Below are positions 52,962 to 63,638 of a DNA stretch of 64,000 nucleotides, piece after piece; the first letter of the stretch is position 1, and each line of letters starts with the position of its first letter. The position numbers and the translations under genes are program-made. The stretch covers positions 4,032,001-4,096,000 of the forward strand of contig OZ220696.1 of assembly GCA_965116495.1 (NCBI GenBank), written 5' to 3'. A model generated the notes under the pieces. The model saw only the letters and a list, made by a program, of their open reading frames with translations, did no database searches and was not told the DNA's origin. Source of the stretch: Gammaproteobacteria bacterium (GTDB lineage Bacteria > Pseudomonadota > Gammaproteobacteria > Eutrophobiales > Eutrophobiaceae).

Positions 52962-54707
52962 ATGCATATAAATGACACATCCAGCCGGACGGACCTCCGC
53001 TACGAACCCGACGAACGACCCCCTTACTCCTTGTGTTTTGGCCTCGGTTTGCAGGCAGCCCTGCTTGTCCTTCCATCAGTGGTGCTGGTGCCGGTCATTA
53101 TAGTCCGGGCAGCGGGCCTGGATGCGGGCTACCTGTCATGGGCCATCTTTGCCGCGCTGCTGGTGTGCGGGCTTGTTACGCTGTTACAGTCCTTTCGAAC
53201 AGGATTTATCGGCGCCGGGCATGTTCTCATTTCCGTCAGCGCCGCTACCGCTATCGCCGTCTGTATCCTGGCCCTGTCGGCAGGAGGGGTGGCGCTGATG
53301 ATGAACCTGATTATCGTCTCTGCGTTGTTCCAGTTGGTACTGTCGTCGCATCTGTCGCTGTTGCGCCGCATAATCACACCGGTCGTGTCCGGCATGGTGC
53401 TGATGTTGATCGCAGTTGCCGTCATGCCTGTCGCTTTTGATATGTTGACACACACGCCTGAAGGCGCGGCGCCTGCTGCAGCGCCGAGTATTGCGGCGGT
53501 TACCCTGCTCGTGTTCGTGGTGCTGGTGTTCGGCGCCCGGCGCGCCCTGCGGCTCTGGGCGCCCGTTATTGCAATCGTTGCAGGTTGCGCGGCAGCAGCG
53601 TTTTTCGGTCTGTACCACGCCGGCCTGGTATGGGAAGCGCCCTGGGTCAATATTCCTGCAGGCAGCCGGCCGCAGTTAAGCCTGTCACTGGGCGCCGATT
53701 TCTGGATACTGTTACCAGCGTTTCTGTTTGTATCCCTGGCTAACACAATGGGGGATATCAGTACCGGTGTTGCTGTGCAGAGGGTATCCCGGCGCGGCCC
53801 GCATGCGGTCGATTTCCGCGCGGTGCAGGAGGGGGTTGCAACCAACGGGCTGGGTGATTTGCTCGCCGGCCTCGCCGGTGCAATACCGGTCAAAAGCGAC
53901 CAGGCAGGTATTTCCCTCATCGAACTCAAGGGTGTTGCTGCCCGCAGGTTGGGGGTCTGCATCGGGATCATCCTGTTATTGCTGGCGTTCATCCCCAAGA
54001 TAACGGCGATCCTTCTCGCCATCCCCGCACCGGTAATTGCAGCTTACCTTGCCGTGACCATGGCACTGGTTTTCGTGCAAGGCATAAGGATGGTGGTCCA
54101 GGACGGCATTGATTACCGCAAAGCAGCGGTAATCGGATTGGCATTCTGGCTTGGTGTAGGATTCCATAACCAGGCTGTTTTCGCACACCTGCTGGGTGAT
54201 ACCTGGGGCAGGTTACTGGGCAACGGTATGACCGTGGGCGGCCTGGCCGTTATCCTGCTGACGGTAATCATGAAACTGACCGGCCCGCGTCGCTATAGTA
54301 TAGTAACGGCGCTGGACCCCAGGGTTCTCCACAGGCTGGAAGATTTCCTGCGCGAACAGGCAAAGCGTCTCGGCTGGGGCGAAGCCGCAATCGAACGCCT
54401 GTTCCTGATCGGTGAGGAAACCCTGTTGTGCCTTGCGGAAGGACATGATGAAGCAGCCACGGGTGAGCTTCGGCGCCTGCTGGTAACGGCAACCAATGAC
54501 GGTCCGTTCATGGAACTGGAGTTTGTCTCTGCCATCGGTGAGGACAACCTGGAAGACCAGATGAGGTTGCTGGGAGACCATACCGAGGCGCGGGACGGGC
54601 ATGAAATATCGCTCCGTATCCTGCAGCACTACGCATCCTCCGTGCGCCACCAGCAGTATCATGGTATGGACGTGGTGACGGTGCGGGTCAGGGAAAACGA
54701 AAATTGA
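52962..54707 (+). CDS. NCS2 (xanthine/uracil permease-like) transporter with C-terminal HATPase/RsbW-like domain
   Basis: RYEPDERPP..LGLQ, TLLQS, RRIITPVVSG.VLMLI, FIPKITAILLAIPAPV; about 140-aa soluble C-terminal extension. Confidence 0.85.
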   Translation: MHINDTSSRTDLRYEPDERPPYSLCFGLGLQAALLVLPSVVLVPVIIVRAAGLDAGYLSWAIFAALLVCGLVTLLQSFRTGFIGAGHVLISVSAATAIAVCILALSAGGVALMMNLIIVSALFQLVLSSHLSLLRRIITPVVSGMVLMLIAVAVMPVAFDMLTHTPEGAAPAAAPSIAAVTLLVFVVLVFGARRALRLWAPVIAIVAGCAAAAFFGLYHAGLVWEAPWVNIPAGSRPQLSLSLGADFWILLPAFLFVSLANTMGDISTGVAVQRVSRRGPHAVDFRAVQEGVATNGLGDLLAGLAGAIPVKSDQAGISLIELKGVAARRLGVCIGIILLLLAFIPKITAILLAIPAPVIAAYLAVTMALVFVQGIRMVVQDGIDYRKAAVIGLAFWLGVGFHNQAVFAHLLGDTWGRLLGNGMTVGGLAVILLTVIMKLTGPRRYSIVTALDPRVLHRLEDFLREQAKRLGWGEAAIERLFLIGEETLLCLAEGHDEAATGELRRLLVTATNDGPFMELEFVSAIGEDNLEDQMRLLGDHTEARDGHEISLRILQHYASSVRHQQYHGMDVVTVRVRENEN

Positions 54708-54723
54708 ACAGAGAGACAGGATA

Positions 54724-56037
54724 ATGAAACCAATAAAAACAGGGTTGCTTGGCCTGGGTACGGTAGGCGGGGGCGTTGTCACCGTATTGACCCGGAATGC
54801 CCATGAAATAGCCCGGCGCGCCGGCAGGGAAGTGGTCATCAGTCATGCTGCGGCAAAAGAATATGATGCCGGCGCCATTCACGGCCTGGACCAGGTGGAG
54901 CGGATTACAGACGACGGTTTTGCCGTCGTCGATGACCCGGAAGTTGAAATAATCATTGAACTGATAGGCGGTTACTCACCGGCAAAAGAACTGGTTCTGC
55001 GAGCCATTCAGAATAAAAAACACGTCGTTACCGCAAACAAGGCCATGATTGCCGTTCACGGCAATGAGATCTTCAGCGCGGCGCAAGAAATGGGCGTCAT
55101 CGTTGCATTCGAGGCCGCAGTCGCCGGGGGCATCCCCATAATCAAGGCGATCCGGGAAGGCCTGGTGGCAAACCGTATTCACTGGGCGGCAGGCATTATC
55201 AACGGTACCGGAAATTTCATTCTCACGGAGATGCGGGATAAGGGCAGGGACTTTGCCGGGGTATTGAAGGAAGCCCAGGAACTGGGCTATGCGGAAGCCG
55301 ATCCGACCTTCGATGTTGAAGGTATTGATGCCGCGCACAAGTTGACCATCATGGGCTCCATAGCTTTCGGTATCCCGCTGCAGTTTGAAAAAACCTATAC
55401 CGAGGGCATCGGCAAAATAGAACAGCAGGATGTGGCTTATGCCGATGAACTGGGCTACCGGATTAAACATCTCGGTATCACCCGGCGCGCAGATACAGGA
55501 ATTGAACTCCGGGTACACCCCACGTTGATCCCGGCAAGACGACTCATTGCCAACGTGGACGGGGTGATGAACGCAGTGCTGGTACAGGGTGATGCGGTGG
55601 GACCGACCTTGTATTACGGCGCCGGCGCCGGCTCCCTGCCGACTGCTTCATCCGTGGTGGCTGACGTGATTGACGTCGTGCGCGCCCTGACGACCGATCC
55701 GGAAAACCGTGTGCCTCACCTGGCGTTTCAACCGGGTGCGATGTCCGACCTGTCCGTCCTGGATATGGAGGATATCCGCACGGCGTATTACTTGCGTATG
55801 CAGGCCATCGATCAGCCGGGTGTTCTGTCCGCGATTACAACGATTTTAGGCAACCTCGATATCAGTATCGAGGCAATGATCCAGAAGGAGCCCGAAGCGG
55901 GCGCCGGCCATGTCCCGATCATCATGCTCACCCAGCGGGTGCTTGAACGCAATATGAACAGCGCCATCAGGCAAATCGAGGCCCTGGATTCTATAGAAGG
56001 AAACGTACATCGGATCCGGGTTGAATCCCTTGGTTAG
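54724..56037 (+). CDS. hom: Homoserine dehydrogenase (with ACT domain)
   Basis: [42 protein letters not shown]. Confidence 0.97.
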   Translation: MKPIKTGLLGLGTVGGGVVTVLTRNAHEIARRAGREVVISHAAAKEYDAGAIHGLDQVERITDDGFAVVDDPEVEIIIELIGGYSPAKELVLRAIQNKKHVVTANKAMIAVHGNEIFSAAQEMGVIVAFEAAVAGGIPIIKAIREGLVANRIHWAAGIINGTGNFILTEMRDKGRDFAGVLKEAQELGYAEADPTFDVEGIDAAHKLTIMGSIAFGIPLQFEKTYTEGIGKIEQQDVAYADELGYRIKHLGITRRADTGIELRVHPTLIPARRLIANVDGVMNAVLVQGDAVGPTLYYGAGAGSLPTASSVVADVIDVVRALTTDPENRVPHLAFQPGAMSDLSVLDMEDIRTAYYLRMQAIDQPGVLSAITTILGNLDISIEAMIQKEPEAGAGHVPIIMLTQRVLERNMNSAIRQIEALDSIEGNVHRIRVESLG

Positions 56038-57148
56038 ATACAATGGTCTGATTGAGCGCTACCGTAAGCGCCTGCCGGTGGCGGCTGATGCTCGCATCAT
56101 CACCCTGGGTGAAGGGAATACACCATTGATCCGGCTGGAAAATATCCCCGAAGCCAACGCCAGGGACATCGAATTGTATGTGAAGTACGAAGGTTTGAAC
56201 CCGACCGGCTCTTTCAAGGACCGGGGAATGACCATGGCCATCACCCAGGCGGTCAATGAGGGTTCACAGGCCGTCGTCTGCGCATCCACAGGCAATACCT
56301 CGGCCGCGGCCGCGGCCTATGCGGCCAGGGCCGGCATAATATCCTATGTCCTCATCCCGGACGGGAAGATTGCCATGGGAAAACTGGCCCAGGCCATGAT
56401 GCACGGCGCCATTGTCATCCAGGTAAAAGGTAATTTCGACGATGGCATGCGGCTGGTAAAGGAAGTGGCTGTTGAAGCGCCGGTTAACATCGTCAACTCG
56501 ATCAACCCGTACCGATTGCAAGGCCAGAAAACCGCCGCATTCGAGATCATGGACGAACTGGGTAACGCTCCGGATTTTCATTGCCTGCCTGTAGGCAATG
56601 CCGGCAACATCTCCGCTTACTGGGCCGGTTACAGCGAATATGCGGGATTGACTACCGCAGTCAGTAATTTTCTGGACGGGCAATGTCCGTATCATCTCGA
56701 GGCGGTTGTGGATAAACTGCCCCGGATGCTGGGCTACCAGGCCTCCGGCGCAGCGCCTTTTCTGCGGCGCGAAATCATCAAGGCGCCCGAGACCGTCGCC
56801 AGCGCCATCCGCATCGGCCAACCCCAGTCCTGGGACCTGGCCTGGGCGGCGAGCAGGCAGTCAGAAGGCTGGTTTGACGAGTTCGATGACGCGCAGATAC
56901 TGGCAACACAGGCATTGCTGTCTTCAGGAGAAGGTATATTTTGCGAACCTGCCTCGGCAATATCGGTTGCCGGCGCCCTGCGCGACATCGGCACAGGCAG
57001 GATCCCGGCAGGGAGCACGGTCGTTTGTACCCTGACCGGACACGGCCTGAAAGACCCGGATATCGCTATCCAGCAAAGTACCGCCGCGGTAACAAAGGTC
57101 CCGGTAGACCTGGACGCGGTAAAGAGAGTCATTCTTGACAACATGTAA
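56021..57148 (+). CDS. thrC: Threonine synthase
   Basis: [36 protein letters not shown]. Confidence 0.96.
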   Translation: MNPLVRYNGLIERYRKRLPVAADARIITLGEGNTPLIRLENIPEANARDIELYVKYEGLNPTGSFKDRGMTMAITQAVNEGSQAVVCASTGNTSAAAAAYAARAGIISYVLIPDGKIAMGKLAQAMMHGAIVIQVKGNFDDGMRLVKEVAVEAPVNIVNSINPYRLQGQKTAAFEIMDELGNAPDFHCLPVGNAGNISAYWAGYSEYAGLTTAVSNFLDGQCPYHLEAVVDKLPRMLGYQASGAAPFLRREIIKAPETVASAIRIGQPQSWDLAWAASRQSEGWFDEFDDAQILATQALLSSGEGIFCEPASAISVAGALRDIGTGRIPAGSTVVCTLTGHGLKDPDIAIQQSTAAVTKVPVDLDAVKRVILDNM

Positions 57149-57611
57149 ATCCCGTCCCCCGCAGGACCTGAAGGAGGCCTTGTCGTTTGATCGAATCCGG
57201 GTCGGAGACGCTTACCGGGCGGAACCCTACCGCGTAGCGTTCGATGAGATGTTCGAATTCAACCGGATGTGGGACCCGTTGCCAATCCACCTCGATGAAG
57301 CGGCCGCGCTGGCGGCCGGCCACAAGACCATAATTGCTTCCGGCCAATACACGTTATGTATCAAACAGTACTTTATGAACAAGATGCCCTGGCGCGCAGC
57401 GGTGATAGGCGCTATCGGTTTCGATGAACTTCGTTTTCTCCATCCCGTCCATGCCGGCGACATTATTTCCATAAAGGTGGCGTGTATCGATAAACGCGAG
57501 TCCAGGAGTAAATCCGACAGGGGTATCTGTAAATTCAGGGTAGAGATGTCCAACCAGGATAATGACGCCGTATTGACTTACACGGATATCGTCATGCTCA
57601 AGAGACGGTAA
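57135..57611 (+). CDS. MaoC family dehydratase (hotdog fold)
   Basis: [42 protein letters not shown]. Confidence 0.88.
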   Translation: MTTCKSRPPQDLKEALSFDRIRVGDAYRAEPYRVAFDEMFEFNRMWDPLPIHLDEAAALAAGHKTIIASGQYTLCIKQYFMNKMPWRAAVIGAIGFDELRFLHPVHAGDIISIKVACIDKRESRSKSDRGICKFRVEMSNQDNDAVLTYTDIVMLKRR

Positions 57612-57632
57612 AATAGTGATAAGTCTCAATTT

Positions 57633-59363
57633 ATGAAAATCACCCGTCGCGTTGTTTCTTCCGAGTGCGGCCTGCCGGATTCCATTCACCCGGTGATGCG
57701 GCGCATCTTCGCTGCCAGAAATATCTCATCATTGCGGGAACTGAATTATTCACTGACAAATCTGCTGCCGTTCGGCAGGTTGAAAAATATCGAAGCGGCG
57801 GCCGGATTGCTCATGGACGCTATCCGCAACGGCAAGCGGATACTCGTCATAGCGGATTATGATGCAGACGGTGCGACTGCCTGTGCCGTGGCCTTGCGCG
57901 GGCTGGCTCTGCTGGGCGCCAGGCAGGTTGTCTACATGGTGCCGGACCGGGTAAAACACGGTTATGGTTTGAGTACCGATGTAGTGCACCGGGCCCTGGA
58001 GTTTGAACCTGACCTCCTGGTGACCGTGGATAACGGTATTTCCAGTCTGGCCGGTGTCGACTCTGCCCGTAGCGCGGGCGTCGACGTGTTGATTACGGAT
58101 CATCACCTGCCGGGCAAGCAACTGCCTGCTGCAAACGTCATCGTCAACCCGAATCAGCCGGGGGATAAGTTCCCAAGCAAGTGTATCGCGGGTGTCGGCG
58201 TCATGTTTTACGTACTGTTGGCAGTCAGGGCCGGGTTGAGGGATGCGAACTGGTTTGAAGGGCAGGGACTGCGCACACCTAACTTCGCGCCACTACTCGA
58301 CCTGGTAGCGTTGGGCACCATTGCCGACGTAGTGGAATTGGATTTCAATAACCGTATCCTGGTCGGGCAGGGTCTGAAGTGGATCAGGGCGCGGCGCTGT
58401 TCCCAGGGTATCATGGCCTTGATCCGTGTCGCAGGCAGTGTGCCCGAGAAGATTACTTCCGCAGATCTCGGATTCCTGCTGGGTCCGAGGCTGAATGCGG
58501 CAGGCCGCATGGCTGACATGAGCCTGGGTATCGAATGCCTGCTCACGGACAATTTTTCCCATGCAGTTTCCCTGGCGCTGCAACTGGATAAATTCAATCG
58601 CGAGAGAAAACTGGTCCAGGCCGACATGCAGGAAGAAGCCGAGACTTACCTGCGCGACATCGCTGAACTGCAGCAGGGTGAGTTACCCTTCGGAGTGTGC
58701 CTGTATGACTCCGGCTGGCATCAGGGCATTGTCGGAATCCTGGCCGGCAGGATAAAAGAGATGGTAAACCGCCCGGTGATCGTATTTGCATCTGCCGGTG
58801 AAGGTTTACTGAAGGGGTCCGGACGGTCAATCTCCGGGATACACCTGAAAGACGTCTTGGAGGCGCTGGCGACGCAATCCCCCAGCCTGATACAGCGCTA
58901 TGGAGGCCATGCCATGGCTGCAGGTTTGACAATCAGGGAAGACGATTATGCCGGGTTCAGGGAATTGTTTGATGCGCAGGTCCGAAGTTTGACGGCAGGA
59001 CGGTTGCCGGGAGCGGAGATCGCTACGGACGGTAGGCTGGAACCCGCCGATATCAGCCTGGAGTTTGCCGGAGAAATTGAAAACGCAGGCCCCTGGGGAC
59101 AGGGTTTCCCCGAACCCCTGTTCGATGATGTCTTCACCGTCGCCGATGCCAGGACGGTGGGAGACCGGCACCTGAAAATGAAGCTGCTCCCCGATGGCGC
59201 GGAACGGCCCGTCGAAGCCATATCGTTCAATACGGACCGGGATGCTATCGGGGAGTCTGCGCAGTCGCACCGCTTTGTCTACCGCCTGGCAATCAATGAC
59301 TACAAAGGGGTCCGGACCCCGCAACTCATCGTAGAACATATAGAACAACAGGGGTCAGAGTAA
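57633..59363 (+). CDS. recJ: Single-stranded-DNA-specific exonuclease RecJ
   Basis: DYDADGA, TVDNG, ITDHH, GPRLNAAGR, GGHAMAAG. Confidence 0.97.
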   Translation: MKITRRVVSSECGLPDSIHPVMRRIFAARNISSLRELNYSLTNLLPFGRLKNIEAAAGLLMDAIRNGKRILVIADYDADGATACAVALRGLALLGARQVVYMVPDRVKHGYGLSTDVVHRALEFEPDLLVTVDNGISSLAGVDSARSAGVDVLITDHHLPGKQLPAANVIVNPNQPGDKFPSKCIAGVGVMFYVLLAVRAGLRDANWFEGQGLRTPNFAPLLDLVALGTIADVVELDFNNRILVGQGLKWIRARRCSQGIMALIRVAGSVPEKITSADLGFLLGPRLNAAGRMADMSLGIECLLTDNFSHAVSLALQLDKFNRERKLVQADMQEEAETYLRDIAELQQGELPFGVCLYDSGWHQGIVGILAGRIKEMVNRPVIVFASAGEGLLKGSGRSISGIHLKDVLEALATQSPSLIQRYGGHAMAAGLTIREDDYAGFRELFDAQVRSLTAGRLPGAEIATDGRLEPADISLEFAGEIENAGPWGQGFPEPLFDDVFTVADARTVGDRHLKMKLLPDGAERPVEAISFNTDRDAIGESAQSHRFVYRLAINDYKGVRTPQLIVEHIEQQGSE

Positions 59364-59392
59364 AAATTCTCCAGAATTTTTACTCTGACCCC
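59351..59392. repeat. GGGGTC-type palindrome containing the recJ stop
   Basis: GGGGTCAGAGTAAAAATTCT-CC-AGAATTTTTACTCTGACCCC; TAA 59361-59363. Confidence 0.9.
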
Positions 59393-59414
59393 AAATATCG
59401 TAAACTATGCCTGT

Positions 59415-60513
59415 ATGCTGGAACTGACTTCAATTATTACCCGTATTAAAGACTGCCAGGGGAGAATCGAATCCCTGAGGAGGTATCTTTGACTTTGATG
59501 TCAAGGTCGAACGCTTGCGGGAAGTCAGGCGGGAGTTGGAAAATTCCGATATATGGAACGAACCGGGACGCGCTCAGGCATTGGGTAAAGAGCGGGCGCT
59601 GCTTGAAAAGACGATCAAGACAATAGAATCGATCATCCAGGGAATGGACGATGTTGAGTTGTTGCTCGATATGGCCAGGCAGGAAAACGACGCCGACGCC
59701 GTGGCTGAGGTCGTTGCGGACCTTGACAAGCATTCCGCACAGATAGATGAGCTGGAATTCCGGCGTATGTTTTCCGGCGAGATGGACCCGAACAATGCAT
59801 TTCTCGAAATCCAGTCCGGTTCGGGCGGTACCGAAGCCCAGGATTGGGCTGAAATGCTGCTGCGCATGTATTTACGCTGGGGGGAACAGCGTAACTTCAA
59901 AACGGAATTGATCGAGGTGTCACCGGGGGAAGTGGCCGGGGTGAAAAGTGCGACAGTCAGGTACGTGGGTGATTATGCCTACGGCTGGTTGCGCACGGAA
60001 ACGGGAGTACACAGACTGGTAAGGAAATCCCCGTTTGATTCCGGCAATCGGCGCCATACGTCCTTTGCCTCGGTATTTGTTGTACCGGAGATTGATGACA
60101 ATATAGAAGTGGATATCGATACTGCAGACCTGCGCGTAGATACCTACAGGGCCAGCGGAGCCGGGGGTCAGCACGTAAACAAGACGGATTCCGCAGTGCG
60201 AATGACCCACATACCCACGGGCATAGTCGTACAGTGCCAGAGTGATCGTTCCCAGCATAAGAACCGGGACCAGGCAATGAAACAGCTGCGCGCCAAGCTG
60301 TACGAACTGGAACTGCAGAAGCGCATGTCCGAACAAAAAGCCATGGAAGAATCCAAGGCCGATATAGGCTGGGGCAACCAGATCCGCTCCTACGTGCTGG
60401 ACCAGTCCAGGATCAAGGACTTACGCACCGGCATGGAGACCGGCAATACCCAGGCTGTCCTGAACGGCGACCTGGACAGGTTCATAGAAGCCAGTCTCAA
60501 GGCCGGGGTATAA
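59415..60513 (+). CDS. prfB: Peptide chain release factor 2 (programmed +1 frameshift)
   Basis: ORF1 59415-59489 [41 protein letters not shown] shift site, resumes at 59491; SPF and GGQ motifs. Confidence 0.97.
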
Positions 60514-60528
60514 TATTCAAAGGCAACA

Positions 60529-60579
60529 GGGGACAGACCCCTGCTTACTATATGCAGGGGCATGCTTAAATCTGTCCCC
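60529..60579 (+). repeat. Medium (51 bp) GGGGAC-type repeat
   Basis: GGGGACAGACCCCTGCTTACTATATGCAGGGGCATGCTTAAATCTGTCCCC. Confidence 0.92.
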
Positions 60580-60595
60580 ATTAGCTGATCAGGTT

Positions 60596-62086
60596 ATGAA
60601 CAAAGACGACGGCAACGAGATTATCAGGCAGAGGCGTGCGCAGTTGCAGGAACTGCGTGAATCCGGCAACGCCTACCCGAATGATTTCAGGCGGACTATC
60701 CTGGCAGCCGATTTGCATGCCCGTTACGGCAACAAGGACCGGGAACAGCTTGAGGGAGAAATTGAAACGTTCAGTCTTGCCGGCAGGATGATGAGCCGCC
60801 GGGTCATGGGTAAGGTCGCGTTTGCACACATCCGGGACATGTCCGGGCAGATCCAGCTTTTTATCAGGCGTGACAACCTGCCGGATGGCGCCTATGCCGG
60901 GTTCAGGAAGTGGGATATCGGTGACATCATTGCCGTGACAGGGAGTGTCTTCAAGACAAAAACCGGGGAACTGTCGATACAGGTTGACAGTATCCGGCTG
61001 CTGGTCAAGTCATTGCGGCCCCTGCCCGAGAAATTCCATGGTCTGTCAGACCAGGAAACCCGTTACCGGCAGCGTTACCTGGACCTGATCACCAATGAGA
61101 CAACCCGGCAGACGTTCCAGGTACGCACCCGCGTGATCAATCATATTCGCGCATTCCTCAGTGGTTCCGGTTTCCTTGAAGTGGAAACGCCGATGATGCA
61201 GGCAATTCCCGGCGGCGCCGCGGCAAGACCGTTCATTACCCACCATAACTCACTGGATATGGACCTGTACCTGCGCATAGCGCCTGAGCTGTACCTGAAA
61301 AGACTCGTTATCGGCGGTTTTGAGAAGGTGTTCGAGATCAACAGAAATTTTCGCAACGAAGGACTGTCCCTGCAGCACAATCCCGAATTCACCATGCTCG
61401 AGTTTTACTGGGCTTATGCAGGCTATGAAGACATGATGGCGTTGACAGAGGCCATGTTGCGTTCCCTGGCAACGGAAGTGAAAGGGGAAACCGTAGTTGA
61501 ATACCAGGGAGAAACATACGATTTCGCCCGGGAATTCCGTCGTATGACGGTACAGGAGGCCATCCTTTCCCATAACCCGGAATTATCGGCGGGTGATCTC
61601 AAAGACCTGGATAAGTTGCGTAATATCGCCGCGGGCATGGGCGTGGAGGTAAAGGAAACCCATGGCGCCGGCAAGCTGCAGGTAGAAGTATTCGAGAAAA
61701 CCGTGGAGAGGAAGCTGCATCAACCCACGTTTATCACCAGCTACCCCATCGAAATGTCACCCTTGTCCAGGCGCAATGACGCGCAGCCCGACCTTGCGGA
61801 GCGATTTGAACTGTTTATCGGCGGGCGCGAGATTGCAAACGGTTTTTCCGAATTGAACGATCCCGATGACCAGGCCGAGCGGTTTCGTAAACAAGCCGAG
61901 GAAAAAGCGTCCGGTGATGAGGAAGCCATGCACTATGATGCAGATTACATCACGGCCCTGGAATACGGTATGCCGCCCACTGCCGGCGAGGGTATCGGTA
62001 TCGACCGGCTGGTCATGCTGCTTACGGATTCGGCATCCATCCGTGACGTGATATTATTTCCCCAGTTGCGGACGAAAGAACCCTAG
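60596..62086 (+). CDS. lysS: Lysine--tRNA ligase (class II)
   Basis: RYRQRYLDL, YLRIAPELYLKRL, FRNEG..HNPEFT, GIGIDRL. Confidence 0.98.
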   Translation: MNKDDGNEIIRQRRAQLQELRESGNAYPNDFRRTILAADLHARYGNKDREQLEGEIETFSLAGRMMSRRVMGKVAFAHIRDMSGQIQLFIRRDNLPDGAYAGFRKWDIGDIIAVTGSVFKTKTGELSIQVDSIRLLVKSLRPLPEKFHGLSDQETRYRQRYLDLITNETTRQTFQVRTRVINHIRAFLSGSGFLEVETPMMQAIPGGAAARPFITHHNSLDMDLYLRIAPELYLKRLVIGGFEKVFEINRNFRNEGLSLQHNPEFTMLEFYWAYAGYEDMMALTEAMLRSLATEVKGETVVEYQGETYDFAREFRRMTVQEAILSHNPELSAGDLKDLDKLRNIAAGMGVEVKETHGAGKLQVEVFEKTVERKLHQPTFITSYPIEMSPLSRRNDAQPDLAERFELFIGGREIANGFSELNDPDDQAERFRKQAEEKASGDEEAMHYDADYITALEYGMPPTAGEGIGIDRLVMLLTDSASIRDVILFPQLRTKEP

Positions 62087-62113
62087 AAATGTGGGTTTTT
62101 CCTGTCCCGGGAT

Positions 62114-62140
62114 GAAACTTTGCCATGTTGACAGAGTCTA
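62114..62140 (+). promoter_or_regulatory. Candidate ECF sigma promoter for the MNIO cluster
   Basis: GAAACTT-N15-GTCTA, resembling ECF -35 AAC and -10 GTC/TCT elements. Confidence 0.45.
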
Positions 62141-62259
62141 CATTGCCTACGTAGTGCTATACTACATACGAGAGTTTACAAAGTATCATGAAGTGTGCAG
62201 TGGAGAATATCCTGCTGCCTCCGCGTGATTTTATCAAACCAAGTCAGGAGGAATTATTA

Positions 62260-62643
62260 ATGTCGAAAAAGACTACTTTAAAACCTATAGCGGCTGCATT
62301 GGGAACCACTTTTGCAGTTTCACTTTCACTCAGCCCTGTTGCCAGTGCTAATGACAATCCTTTCAGCATGACTGAGTTGTCCCAGGGTGGTTACATGGTC
62401 GCAGATGCTCAAGGGGATGGCGAAGGCAAATGCGGCGAAGGCAAATGCGGCGAAGGCAAGTGCGGTGAAGACAAGGAGGGCGAAGGCAGTTGTGGTGAGG
62501 ACAAGGAAGGCGAGGGCAAATGCGGCGAAGGCAAGTGTGGCGAAGGCAAGTGTGGCGAGGACAAGGAAGGCGAGGGCAAATGCGGCGAAGGCAAGTGTGG
62601 TGAAGACAAGGAAGGCGGGGAGGCCGAGGAAGCCGAGGGCTAA
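62260..62643 (+). CDS. Secreted EGKCG-repeat RiPP precursor (HvfA/oxazolin-like)
   Basis: AGGAGG SD; signal peptide ending VASA, NPF motif, nine EG[K/S]CG units; directly upstream of DUF692. Confidence 0.88.
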   Translation: MSKKTTLKPIAAALGTTFAVSLSLSPVASANDNPFSMTELSQGGYMVADAQGDGEGKCGEGKCGEGKCGEDKEGEGSCGEDKEGEGKCGEGKCGEGKCGEDKEGEGKCGEGKCGEDKEGGEAEEAEG

Positions 62644-62768
62644 TGCGGCCTGGGTAAATACGGTGACAGCCAATAGGGTTAATCCGTATCAGCTATCAGG
62701 TTTGTTCCGGAGTGCGAAGCACCTGGCTCAAAGTAATGTAGCCGTGGGCTGATTCCGGGCGGCCTGTC

Positions 62769-63638
62769 ATGTCTGAAACTTATCCGGTACAGGGAGCCGG
62801 TCTGGGTCTGCGGCGAGCCTTCATCGGCTCGCTCGCAGATTCAAAAACGCTATTGTCTGGGATTGATTTCATGGAAGTGGCGCCGGAGAACTGGATCGAC
62901 GTGGGTGGGCGCTTCGGACGCCGCTTCCGCGAGATTGCGGAGAGAGTGCCCATTGTCTGTCATGGACTGTCATTGAACCTCGGAGGTCCTGCGCCCCTGG
63001 ATGAGGCGTTCCTCCATAAGGTGAAACAATTCCTTGATACGTTCAATGTTCGTTGTTACAGCGAACACCTGAGCTATTGTGGGGATGATGGTCACTTGTA
63101 CGACCTGATGCCGATTCCGTTTACCGATGAAGCAGTCCGCTACACAGCCGCCAGGATCAAGCGTACCCAAGAGATTATCGGGCGGCGCCTGGCCATTGAA
63201 AACGTGTCCTACTATGCCGCTCCCGGGCAGGAAATGACGGAAACGGAGTTTATTAATAATGTGCTGGCCGAAGCCGATTGTGACCTGTTGCTGGATATCA
63301 ATAATATTTACGTCAACAGCATCAACCATCGTTACGAGGCCGAAACCTGGTTAAAATCGTTACCTGCGCAACGTATAGCGTATGCCCACATTGCCGGTCA
63401 TTATATTGAGGCAGAGGATTTACGGGTGGATACCCATGGCGCAAACGTCATCGACCCCGTCTGGAAACTGCTTGAGACGGCTTACCGGCATTTTGGTGTT
63501 TTCCCCACGCTGCTGGAACGTGATTTCAATATCCCCCCAATGCCCGAGTTGCTTGGTGAGGTGAGCAGGATTAACCAGATCCAGTCCGGAATGAAAGTCT
63601 ATCCTGATGCCCCCGTCTTCCGCCAGGAACTCCCTTAG
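62769..63638 (+). CDS. DUF692 family multinuclear non-heme iron oxidase (MNIO, HvfB-like)
   Basis: [67 protein letters not shown]. Confidence 0.95.
   Translation: MSETYPVQGAGLGLRRAFIGSLADSKTLLSGIDFMEVAPENWIDVGGRFGRRFREIAERVPIVCHGLSLNLGGPAPLDEAFLHKVKQFLDTFNVRCYSEHLSYCGDDGHLYDLMPIPFTDEAVRYTAARIKRTQEIIGRRLAIENVSYYAAPGQEMTETEFINNVLAEADCDLLLDINNIYVNSINHRYEAETWLKSLPAQRIAYAHIAGHYIEAEDLRVDTHGANVIDPVWKLLETAYRHFGVFPTLLERDFNIPPMPELLGEVSRINQIQSGMKVYPDAPVFRQELP

Noticed and set aside
56630-56710. Short Cys-containing insertion in threonine synthase
   Set aside because: Too short for an intein, no splicing motifs; likely a lineage-specific loop.
62326-62752. Alternative-frame repetitive ORFs (PHLPS, AKANA, LAFAA repeats)
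   Set aside because: Shadows of the EGKCG repeat gene, which alone has an SD, signal peptide and matching gene context.
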